IMG/VR virus record: IMGVR_UViG_3300009703_004110
Span: 62,001-126,000 of that record
Strand: one strand, 5' to 3'
DNA length: 64,000 nucleotides
A program made the position numbers and the translations under genes. Numbering within the stretch: position 1 is the stretch's first letter; each line of letters begins with the position of its first letter. The notes beneath the pieces are model-generated. The model did not search any database and had not been told where the DNA came from. It saw only the letters and a list, made by a program, of their open reading frames with translations. Positions 26,775 to 36,500 of this stretch are shown here, in pieces.

Positions 26775-27634
26775 AAGTATTTTCTTATTAGATTAAAACA
26801 GTTTTCTTTATATAACTTCTGACTAAGAAGCCTGGTATCTCTATTCCCATATCTCAATATATAGTTACCTCTATCACAACGAATAGTTCCTTTAAATAAA
26901 TTTAAGTGCTCTTTTATACTTTTTAAAAAGTTATTAGAATTTGAATATATTGAAATATTTTTATATTTTCCATTAGAATAGAGAGAGCCGTCACCTTCAT
27001 AAAAACCTTTTATGAAGTAGTCTATATATTGATCCTCAATGTTTGGAAAAATTAAATTATTAGACTTAGGAGAATGTATATTAAAATCTCTGACAATTTC
27101 TGAACATATTTTTTTATTTGACAAGACCCATTTGGCATATTTATCGTTCACTATATAAATTTTTGAAATTGGATACATTTTCTTAAAATATTCTAATACT
27201 TCTATATCATTTTTAGATATTTTAATTTCAATCTTTTGATTTGTAATATATCCATCCGCAAATATCCATCCTAAAAGATAAAAGAATTTATAGTCTCTTT
27301 TACGCAAAAAATTACGTTTGCTTAACCCAAGTCTTTTAAGCTTTGCGCTTATAGCCCCAGAAGTATATGGAAGATATTTCGACATTTCATTGGAGGACAT
27401 TTCTAAGTAGTTATCTTTCAAAAAAGATTCGTCGCTTTCTGTCCATTTTTTATTCTGCCTCTTCAGACATCCGCATGATTTAGTTATATTTTGAACCAAA
27501 CTACTTGATGCAATAATTTTTGTATTTCCACATTCACATTTACATATCCAGGTAAATCGCCCATTATTATCTATACTACCTGCTTTAATAATCGTTAATT
27601 TTCCTATTTTTTTATTCGTCAGGTCTTTCATCAT
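26771..27634 (-). mobile_element. Free-standing LAGLIDADG homing endonuclease with N-terminal accessory domains
   Basis: Two LAGLIDADG helices (YLLGWIFADG, FIKGFYEGDG); DLT.KKIGKLT..WICKCECG..KSCGC module; KKW..LKD.Y HTH-like module. Confidence 0.8.
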
Positions 27635-27641
27635 CCTCTCT

Positions 27642-28565
27642 TTATAATAATGAAAATATATTATTCCACTTGCTTGTGAAGTCTCTAATGTGAAAATGTT
27701 TTATAGCGGCCTCTCTTCCATTTGCCGACATCTCTATTCTTAAATCATCATTTTTAAGTAACAATTTTATATACTTTGTTAATTCTTTTGGGTCATTTGA
27801 TAAATATCCGCTCTTTTTATGTTTAATATATCTTCTTATATCAAAATTATTAGTAGAAACTATTGGACACCCGCTCATCATTGCTTCCGCCCTACTACGT
27901 GGCATCGCAGAATTTGTTGTCGGATTAAAAAACAAACTATATTGACTGTGATAATTGACAAGGTCCTCGAAGGTATCTGCGTCTCCAATACTCATTTTAA
28001 GCCCTGGGTTTCCATGACCTAATACATCACATATGCTGCCAGTCTTGTCATTCACCTTGTTCCACAAGTCCCAGCCTAAAAATCTGGCCCTCTTCTCAAA
28101 AACATTCAGGATGCACAACACACGTCCATTCTTCTCTACGCCTTTCATTGGCTTAAACTCTTTTGGATCAAATCCGTGCACTATATAATGATGTTTCATC
28201 TTACGATGATAGTGTCCCTTATATTTATTCATAACATCGAGAGAATTCCAGACCATATGTTTTACTTGTGGAATTACACCATATGGACTCGTTGTCTGCC
28301 CCACCGCTATCGGTATCGCTCCATTTTTAACAAACGGCATATACCTTTGTGGATTTAATGGTGAGCGAACAATCACTACGTCGTACTTTAGCTCGTGAGC
28401 CCTTCTCTCATCTATTAGCAGGACATTGTCATTTAGCGGCCTGTGCGCCTTATTCCAATTCGGCTTAACTGAATTAAGTCCAGTAAGGTGAAACTCATGC
28501 CCTGTTTTAAAAAACTCATACTGATGGCCTTGATGGCAGTAGTAATCAAGAACTCTTAATTTCAT
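27642..28565 (-). CDS. GT4-like glycosyltransferase
   Basis: IVHGFD..EF, FFNPT..SAMPRSRAEAMMSGCPIVS, GREAA..HF. Confidence 0.75.
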   Translation of the reverse strand: MKLRVLDYYCHQGHQYEFFKTGHEFHLTGLNSVKPNWNKAHRPLNDNVLLIDERRAHELKYDVVIVRSPLNPQRYMPFVKNGAIPIAVGQTTSPYGVIPQVKHMVWNSLDVMNKYKGHYHRKMKHHYIVHGFDPKEFKPMKGVEKNGRVLCILNVFEKRARFLGWDLWNKVNDKTGSICDVLGHGNPGLKMSIGDADTFEDLVNYHSQYSLFFNPTTNSAMPRSRAEAMMSGCPIVSTNNFDIRRYIKHKKSGYLSNDPKELTKYIKLLLKNDDLRIEMSANGREAAIKHFHIRDFTSKWNNIFSLL

Positions 28566-29671
28566 TTCAATCTCCTAATTGCAAATTCCTTATTTATAAT
28601 GTTTTTGACCGCTTCTGTTGTCATTTTATTGGCTATATTCTTAGCTCTAACGATTTTTTCAGAGTAACTCTCTGGATTGGTGTATATTCTTCTCATCTGA
28701 ACTGATAACGATCGAATACTGGGGTATGCCCAACTTTGATAGTTGTTATATAAAACAGACCAATCCATCCCAGCAACAGGACCGAGCTTGTGCTCAATTA
28801 TATTTGCGCTATTCTCATCCAAGTGTTCTGTAATTCCACCGTACTTTGTTACTATTAGATGATTTCCAGATAGCATTGCATCATGGATTGGAACACCCCA
28901 ACCTTCTCCGTGATGAGGTGAGACATAGCAGTCACAAGTATTGTGTAAAGCCTGGATATAATATTCATCTATAACATCTCGGCACATATATATTCTAGGG
29001 TAATACTTCAGGTTCAGCCTTCGTTTTACCTCAAGTATATCTCTTTTAATCTTATCTTTGGTGTAATTACCAACACCAAGCGAGTTAACTTTCAGAATTA
29101 GAATAACATTGTCATTTTCATTAAAGGTCTTGTAATAGGCATGCAACAACTCCTTAAACCCTTTTCTTTCATGCCATTGGAATACTGAGTAAAATTTAAA
29201 AACATCATCAGATATTCTATGTGTTTTTGAGAAATCTGATGGAAAAAATAGCCTATCCTCATTGTCCCAGTAATCTATCGGAGTTGGGACTATTTTAATT
29301 GGACCCTTAAATTTTGCTTTGCGACATGCATCCTCAACTAATTTGCACGGTAACCATAACTCATCCACTTGATTAATCATGCGCTCCCAACTTATTGGAA
29401 GCCTATCAGCCTCCCAATAAAAGTACCCTATCTTATATGCCTGACTACGATGCTTACTCCACGGTGGTCCATGCAAATAGAAGTCTACATTTGTCTGCCC
29501 AGTATAGTCATTCAGAGTCATAAAAAAGTCGTAATTCTTCTCTTCTGCTTTCTGACCAAAATGAAATTTGGTCGGTATGTCAGAGTTTGAAAATGCCCTT
29601 GCAAATCCCTTCACGGCATTACCATATCCAGAGGTTCCGCCAAGTGGGCCAAAAAGTCTAATTTTATTCAT
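28562..29671 (-). CDS. GT4-like glycosyltransferase (paralogue of 31200-32303)
   Basis: YFYWEADRLP..W, FYSVFQWHERKG, YVSPHHGEGWGVPIHDAM. Confidence 0.75.
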   Translation of the reverse strand: MNKIRLFGPLGGTSGYGNAVKGFARAFSNSDIPTKFHFGQKAEEKNYDFFMTLNDYTGQTNVDFYLHGPPWSKHRSQAYKIGYFYWEADRLPISWERMINQVDELWLPCKLVEDACRKAKFKGPIKIVPTPIDYWDNEDRLFFPSDFSKTHRISDDVFKFYSVFQWHERKGFKELLHAYYKTFNENDNVILILKVNSLGVGNYTKDKIKRDILEVKRRLNLKYYPRIYMCRDVIDEYYIQALHNTCDCYVSPHHGEGWGVPIHDAMLSGNHLIVTKYGGITEHLDENSANIIEHKLGPVAGMDWSVLYNNYQSWAYPSIRSLSVQMRRIYTNPESYSEKIVRAKNIANKMTTEAVKNIINKEFAIRRLK

Positions 29672-31203
29672 CAGATATATTCTCCCGGAAACTTGACAAG
29701 TCCCTCACTCTTTGATATTTCAATATAAAAATTATCCATGCATAAAATGGATTCATAAAATAATTTTGAATTGTCTTCAATATTATGATTTAATTCTATA
29801 TACTCTCGTGCGTTTTCTATGAGGTCTTTATTGTCAACTATCCTTCGTATAATCTTTGAATCTTTTTTTGGATTCATAGTTAAAAACCTTCCATTATAAC
29901 CATCTTTTAGTATATCAGGTATGGCCCCTACTTTAGATGCACATACCGGAGTACCAGAGGACATAGCTTCTAATATCGATATTGGCGTACCTTCCATTTT
30001 TGATGGTAAAACAAAGACGTCAAAAACATTATAAAACTTTTCCACTTCTGGCTTAAATCCCATCATACGAACATTTTCTGTCTTCTGACTATTTATAGCT
30101 TTGGAACGCGGGCCATCACCTACAATGAGAAATACCGCATCCGGCATAGTCTTGGCTAACTCCAAAATGTATTCATGATTCTTTTCTGGAGATAGCCTCG
30201 CAACAGTTCCAACTATTATAGAGTCGTGGGGCAGGCCGAGCATGGTCTTTATGTTCTTTTTATTTCTTACATTAAAGCGCTCCAAGTCTACGCCTACTGG
30301 AACGACTGTTCTGGCGTCACCACGTATACCATCTATATTTTTAGCTAAGCTATCAGCTATAGTGATTATATGCTCTACATAGTCTCGTCTTGGTAGTTTA
30401 GACACAGCGTCTGGCCAGCTAAAATCGCTGTGGTATATTTCCACTAACTTTGCCGAAAGCTCTCCATCCTTCTTCATATTAGATAATATCTTATAGACTG
30501 ATGCACTATTGTAGTAAACCACATAATTAAAGTTTTCCGCCTTAAGCATTCCCATCAGATGTGCCGAACTTTTAACATCTTTATGATTAACCGCCCCATC
30601 AATCTTAAACTTGACAGGGTTAGGCTTCATATAGATCATAGTTATGTTCATCGACTTGTTTTGTATTCGATTCACTATTTCTTGCAAGTAGATCTCACCA
30701 CCGCCATATATTCCGTATGGCACTACGAATGCAATCTTCTTTTTGGAGACCTTTTTGAGTTCGTCAGGATATATAACCTTTCCTTTCTTTCTCTTGTACT
30801 TTGGAACGGTTTTGGGCTGAGATGCCTCTTTCTTTTCTGATTTCTTGTCTATCATAAGTCGCGCTATTTCCACACTTCCAAATGTGGTGCCGGAACGTGA
30901 CAGTATAAGGCTCGCACTACCCGACTTTTTGACTCTGAACGGAAAGGCATATTCTGACCAAGATGATGTAGAAAAGGTAATTCTCTTATTTATATAGTTG
31001 ACCGAGTCTCCGTCTTCCACTCTGAAATCCATAACGCCATTACCACTTCTTTTTTTGCCTATTATTTTGATATTGTATTCGCCAGGAGATAACAAAAGCT
31101 TATGCTCGAAATTTGCAGATTTTAGGACTACAAGATTCGTTCCGTCAATCTTGACGCCGCGCCCATTCCAGTTCTTTGCCCTAGCTGAGTCGAAAATTAT
31201 CAT
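29671..31203 (-). CDS. GT4 glycosyltransferase with an N-terminal beta-sandwich-like domain
   Basis: C-terminal GGGEIY, GTVARLSPEK, IVGDG, FVLPSKMEGTPISILEAM; about 120 aa beta-rich N-domain plus a Lys-rich linker. Confidence 0.8.
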   Translation of the reverse strand: MIIFDSARAKNWNGRGVKIDGTNLVVLKSANFEHKLLLSPGEYNIKIIGKKRSGNGVMDFRVEDGDSVNYINKRITFSTSSWSEYAFPFRVKKSGSASLILSRSGTTFGSVEIARLMIDKKSEKKEASQPKTVPKYKRKKGKVIYPDELKKVSKKKIAFVVPYGIYGGGEIYLQEIVNRIQNKSMNITMIYMKPNPVKFKIDGAVNHKDVKSSAHLMGMLKAENFNYVVYYNSASVYKILSNMKKDGELSAKLVEIYHSDFSWPDAVSKLPRRDYVEHIITIADSLAKNIDGIRGDARTVVPVGVDLERFNVRNKKNIKTMLGLPHDSIIVGTVARLSPEKNHEYILELAKTMPDAVFLIVGDGPRSKAINSQKTENVRMMGFKPEVEKFYNVFDVFVLPSKMEGTPISILEAMSSGTPVCASKVGAIPDILKDGYNGRFLTMNPKKDSKIIRRIVDNKDLIENAREYIELNHNIEDNSKLFYESILCMDNFYIEISKSEGLVKFPGEYI

Positions 31204-32303
31204 AACAATCCTAAAATCTGATTAGCGGCATTTTCCCAAGTAAACCTTCTTAACGTTTCTTGCCTTCCTAACTCAAACTTATTCATTAAGGTTTGGTGGT
31301 TGTTAAATGCCAGCAACATTGCCTCAGCTAAATCATCTTTATGCGGCATAAATGTTGTTGCGCCAGGTGTCGGTCTCCAATATTGGTAGTGCCCCGGCGC
31401 CTCAACCTCTTTTACATCATACAAGATCGAATTTTCATTATTTAGAAAATCTAGTTGACCAGTACACTTTGGCGAAATAACCAGCATATTAGCCGCTAGA
31501 CCTTCCAGCAGTGGTAGGCCAAATCCTTCCGATGATGCTGCACTAACTAGGCAATTACATGAGTTATATAATGGGACCATGCTTGGAAACTTTGTTTGTA
31601 TAATCTCTACCTGAGGAAGTCGTTTACCTTTATTCTTATAATATCCCTGAACTGTCAGAAACTGTTTCATGATATCAACTTCAAAACTAAACCTCTTTCT
31701 ACTTTTAGGAGGGTTTAAATCTGTCTTTATTACGAGACATACGTCATCGTCCTGATCAAAAGCCGTGTAATATGCCTCAAGTACGACATTCATATTCTTT
31801 CTATAATGAGGAATTGATACATTAAGAAATCTGAAGCTCTTTTTGTTTCCAAGGTTAACAGTGCTCTTGTTATCAAAATCTTCTGGATGAATACCGTGCG
31901 GGACTACTACGCATTTATCTGGGTTTACACCGCTATTAACAAAAACCTCTTTTGAGAAATTACTTGATGGTAAAGCCACATCCAAATGATCAAACTTCTT
32001 TGCCCACTCTGGCGGCATTAAACTAGTCTCATAATTATAAATTGCCATTTTCATTCGAGACTTCTTAGCGAATCTTGCCGGGAAGTTACGTGGCAATGTA
32101 TAACATATGTCAAGATCCGGACTATGATAATCCCTCTCTTTATGAGGATCCCAGGATGGCGGAACATTATTATAGTTATTGGTAGTCGTTATATAGCAGT
32201 CATGCTCTTGTTTTATAAATTCACCAAGAAGGGCCCGCATTGTGACAGCCCATGAATGGTGAGTACCTATTATCCCCCTGCTTCTGATTTTGAGCTTACT
32301 CAT
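31200..32303 (-). CDS. GT4-like glycosyltransferase (first gene of the island)
   Basis: YNYETSLMP.EW, VVPHGI, HYRKN, LYNSCNCLVS.ASSEGFGLPLLE. Confidence 0.78.
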   Translation of the reverse strand: MSKLKIRSRGIIGTHHSWAVTMRALLGEFIKQEHDCYITTTNNYNNVPPSWDPHKERDYHSPDLDICYTLPRNFPARFAKKSRMKMAIYNYETSLMPPEWAKKFDHLDVALPSSNFSKEVFVNSGVNPDKCVVVPHGIHPEDFDNKSTVNLGNKKSFRFLNVSIPHYRKNMNVVLEAYYTAFDQDDDVCLVIKTDLNPPKSRKRFSFEVDIMKQFLTVQGYYKNKGKRLPQVEIIQTKFPSMVPLYNSCNCLVSAASSEGFGLPLLEGLAANMLVISPKCTGQLDFLNNENSILYDVKEVEAPGHYQYWRPTPGATTFMPHKDDLAEAMLLAFNNHQTLMNKFELGRQETLRRFTWENAANQILGLL

Positions 32304-32715
32304 CTAGTTTCTCCAGCAAATCATTGTACTTTCTTCGTCTTAAGCTTTGGCAGCTCCTACATATATTATCATGTCCATCTATAGATGCGCTTCTTTTATT
32401 GAAGTCATCTATATCACGAATATTCTCACAGAAATAGCATCGTTTCTCATCTCTAGAGATATAGACTTTTGCATCCGTTATCTCTTTGTCACGCTGCTGC
32501 CTATATTCACGCTTCTCTTCACGATGATCTTCATAATATGTCTTTGATGCCTGAATTCTTGCACTTTTGTGCTTTTCGTAACTTTCGCGATTACGCTTTC
32601 TGGAGCAATATTTACATATTCGGCTTAAGCCGCTTTTTCGAGATTTATCTTTAGTAAACTCGTCTGGCGCCCTAAACTCATCACACTCTGGGCAAATTTT
32701 AGTATCTAGATGCAT
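32296..32715 (-). CDS. Tandem zinc-finger protein (HNH/EndoVII-associated type), no nuclease domain
   Basis: Two CxxC..F.K..s..dG....CxxC units (CPEC...CKYC; CYFC...CRSC). Confidence 0.55.
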   Translation of the reverse strand: MHLDTKICPECDEFRAPDEFTKDKSRKSGLSRICKYCSRKRNRESYEKHKSARIQASKTYYEDHREEKREYRQQRDKEITDAKVYISRDEKRCYFCENIRDIDDFNKRSASIDGHDNICRSCQSLRRRKYNDLLEKLDE

Positions 32716-32789
32716 ATTATTATGTTACTGTATGAAAAAATGAAATTTAGTTAAAAATGAAGTTAACAGCAGGAAACTTTTTTCGAGTG

Positions 32790-32921
32790 AGTATAGTATA
32801 TGCCCAATTAATTCGACAAAACTCTCGCGCGCGAATAGTTGTAGTATATACCCCTATGGAGATTCATGGAGGAGTATATACGCTAACAGGGAAGTCCTTT
32901 GATCCGCTGCTCCATAGTATA
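32790..32921. repeat. Cluster of AGTATA repeats and short palindromes in the module-boundary intergenic region
   Basis: AGTATA at 32790, 32795, 32843, 32873, 32916; GTATATAC palindromes at 32844-32851 and 32874-32881; TCGCGCGCGA palindrome at 32825-32834. Confidence 0.6.
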
Positions 32922-32953
32922 GAGCTATAGTGTACTGGGCCAAGCATTGTCGA

Positions 32954-33184
32954 TCAAGAATTTGTATGATCTTTTTCTAGTCGGTCTAAATAATCCTTTA
33001 ACTCTTCTGTGCCGGTGACGAGTGCTTCGTCTCGTTGTGCTTCAAGTTCAGCCCATGAAGTACCCATTTTTGCATCAAAGTCAATCATCCACTGGTCGAT
33101 TTCATTTATAAATTCTTCTGTGGTTTGATTTGGATCACGCGTAGGTGATCCATTGTTCTTCTTTATTTTAATTGGTCTGGTCAT
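32954..33184 (-). CDS. Small hypothetical protein
   Basis: 76 aa; GGGA SD; starts 1 nt after the HNH stop. Confidence 0.55.
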   Translation of the reverse strand: MTRPIKIKKNNGSPTRDPNQTTEEFINEIDQWMIDFDAKMGTSWAELEAQRDEALVTGTEELKDYLDRLEKDHTNS

Positions 33185-33185
33185 T

Positions 33186-33590
33186 TTATTCCCTGTGTAT
33201 TGTTTTATGGCAGTCTTGGCATAGGGTTATTCCGTTCCAAAGTTTAAGCGCCAGCTCAGGGTGCTTCGCTTTCTCTCGAATATGATGCGCTTCAATATTT
33301 TCTATTGCATCACATTCGATGCATTTATTATTGTCTCTTTTCTTAACGGCATTTGCCCATTTGTATAAGTCCCATCCGGACAGTTGAGCCTTTTCTCTAA
33401 ACTTCTTTTTAGATAGTCGAGATGGATACGGGTTACGCTTTTGATAGTCGATAGAACGCTGAATTTCTTTTTCGCGATTATTGTTATATACACAAGGGGA
33501 GGCAAAATTTACTAGGGAAGTGCGAACTGGCAGGGAAACGGTCCTTGAACAAATGTTCCTGTTGCTGTTGTTCCAGCTATGAAGAAGCAC
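33186..33590 (-). mobile_element. HNH endonuclease (134 aa), start overlapping the upstream structural gene
   Basis: W.NAVKKRDNNKCIEC...IEAHHI...P.LAL...NGITLC..CH..IH; GTG 33590 with GAGGA 6 nt upstream. Confidence 0.65.
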
Positions 33591-36500
33591 TCGTCATCCT
33601 CATCAAGCACCTCTTCGTCAGCACATGTGCCAAGACCTATTCTGTTTAGATCGTTGATCGGTATGTACAGATCGTCGTTGATAAAGCCTGCCTTCTTGAG
33701 GTAAACTCCAAAGCTTATGACGGTTCTTGATTCCTCGATAGAAGAATCGTAAAGAATGTTTCTTGTATTAAATGTGGCGATACCAGTTTCGTTATCTATT
33801 GAGACACCTACTTTAAAGATCACACCAGTGGTGGTATCTTCATATCCAATAACCAAAGTTACATTTGGATCGATCTCGAATTCAGCGTCAGCTGTTATAT
33901 CAGGTTCAATAGTGAACCCTTTAAGAAACCCAGGAAGATGTCCGGTATTAGCTAGCATAGCTATAACAGTTGAAGTTACATCGATTGAAATCTCGCCGCC
34001 ATCAACTATGGTGCCGGGTGAGAATGGTATAATCTGTGACACATCTTGAACAATAGGATAGTCGAAATATTTACTCAGGTTATCTGCGTCTACAATATCA
34101 AGTGGTAGCACATTATATGTACTAGATATAGTGTCGCTTGTTTTTGAAGTTAAAATTAGATCGGCAGATACTACGCTAGTTTTGCTAGTTAGGTTAACAG
34201 GGAATGTGTATGTCGCCCTTCGAATTTCTCTGGTATCCTTATCTCTTCCGATGATAACGTTAGTAGGTTCATCATCAGATATGTAATCGTATCGAACTAC
34301 AGCCTCATGAAGCTTCGAGAAGAAAGACAGAGCCTCGGTAGGGCTTCCGGTTTGCATAATCTCAAAGCTAGTTGATACGGTTCCCTCACCTGGCTGAACA
34401 TCTGGGTTGGTTCCAATACGAACATACTGACCAAAGGGACTTTCTGTTTCGGATATAGTACCTGGAACAACATAGTGTGCGGTTATAACATCATTTAGTC
34501 TTCTAAATCTAAATAACACTTCGTCACCAACGGCATCGGGTGCATCAATAGTATGTTCAAAAGTAGAGATCGTTGTCGCAAGAGTATTCTTAATATCTCC
34601 AAAGAAGAACAGTGATGTTTTTCCATCATTTTTGACAACCCATCCCATCTTATATATCGCAGATGAGCCATCAGTATTAGTGACGGTTATTGTCATAAAA
34701 GAGGATACCTCTCCGGCCGCCATACTTGAATCAGGCCAGGTAGATCTTGAAGCTGTCCAGTCAAGAACGAAGTCTCCAGTGAAATCATCAGCGGCCGACT
34801 CTATATTAAGTCTTCCGAATCTATCTCCAGAATCACCAGTAGTTGTGAGTTCAAAGTTTGCCGGAGTATTGGATCCGGCTGCATTTGTAATATCAGTTAT
34901 AGTGGTATTGTTAGATGGGTCTGCAGACCAGTCTTCAAAGGAATCGTAACTATAATCTGTAAACAGTTCTGTGACAAGCTGCTCATCAGTAATTGTTAAG
35001 GTAGCATCAGCATATCCGTCTGTTGCGTAGCCATCGACTAATGCATCAACGTGCAAACTGGCAATAGCATGGGAGATCTTAACCTTTCCATTTGCAATAT
35101 CTGTGTCATCACCGCTATCATTGCATCCAACATAAGTACCGTCGGAGTATTTCATCGCCGGGAATCCAGACTCAGTCTTGCAAGCGCTGATATCTGATGC
35201 TTTAATAAAGTTTGTATATAGGTTTACAGAGCAGTCACTTATTGTGCCAGGAGGAAGTGGGATATCTACTTTGGTAAATTCTATATCACCATGATATGGA
35301 ACTCCAGGCTCAGATAGTATGCTTCCACCGATGTACATGTCATCCGGTACATATGTTTGGTTCTTATATATAGGCGTGCAATCTGGTGTAGGCAGACATT
35401 CATCTTCGTCGCAAAGACAATCTTCCTCTTCTTCCTCTAAAAAGCTGACGCCAACGAATCTTCTTAGGTCGCAAACCTCTAGGAACCTTGCCTCAAATGG
35501 CGCTTCAATAAATGAAATTTCATAGTTGGTGGAAGCGAATGGAACATCTGTTAATTCATTATTATCTGCAAAGGTATTAACTTCAGTTGCACTTACAACC
35601 GTAACATTAAATCCTGTATCTCCAGAAAAAGATGCTGCATCTCCTGCGCTATCATTAACTTCGACGGTAACTGTGATATTATCATCAGCAATTTGCTTAG
35701 AAGTTATAGTATAGACTCCTGCATCAGAAGAGCTTGACTCTATCTCTACAGTATCACCAATCCTCATAGAGAGTCCCAAGTTATCGGTTGTTACTTCAAA
35801 TGTAATTTCGTTAGTATCGGCAGTGGTTAAACCAGAGTCTGCAGCGTCTGTAAATATAGTTGGATTATCGCTTGAGGATAATATATTTTCAAGTCTCAGT
35901 GTTAAGAACTGTATTTCTTCGGCTACAGTAAAATTAAAGTAACCATCTATTGCGTCTTCCAAAAGCTCAATATCAAACCCGTCTACTGTCTCATTCAGAT
36001 CAAGATCTGATAGAATGAAGTCTGCTAAGTCTAAGTCGCCAGTCAGAATTTCTCTTTCTGTCTTTTCAGAGTTAATAGTATGACCAACCACATCAAGCAA
36101 AAGCCCCATATCAGCTTCTGTAACTTCTCCATCTCTTCCAAGATCTCCAGCTCTTACTGTATCACACTCTACCTTGGCTATGCGATAACTTGCTGTACAC
36201 TGACAATCTGTATCAGGAACTATAATTCTTCCAACAAGGTTCTCTTGGATCAGTTCCGAGGACGGGCTGCTAATAACAACTCTGTCTGGCAAAACCATTC
36301 CTGGCTTTGAAAAACTGCCGGTGATGCTCTGTGCATCTCTAACATTCTTATCGATAATCTTTGCTAGTAGAAGCGGAGTCGTATCTTCGAGCAATTCTGT
36401 CAGCCCATCTGCATCTACGATCGAGATAGCACCAGTGTCCTTGATCCTTGTGAATACATAATTTCCGGTTCTCGGATGAACGTTTGGAGTTACAAACTCT

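Larger units (their letters stand above)
1..32303 (-). other. Virus-encoded glycan biosynthesis island
   Basis: Nearly contiguous, translationally coupled nucleotide-sugar, glycosyltransferase and tailoring genes. Confidence 0.85.

Noticed and set aside
27639-27646. TATAAAGA upstream of the LAGLIDADG gene as a late promoter
   Set aside because: It includes the upstream stop codon and abuts the SD, leaving no room for a leader.
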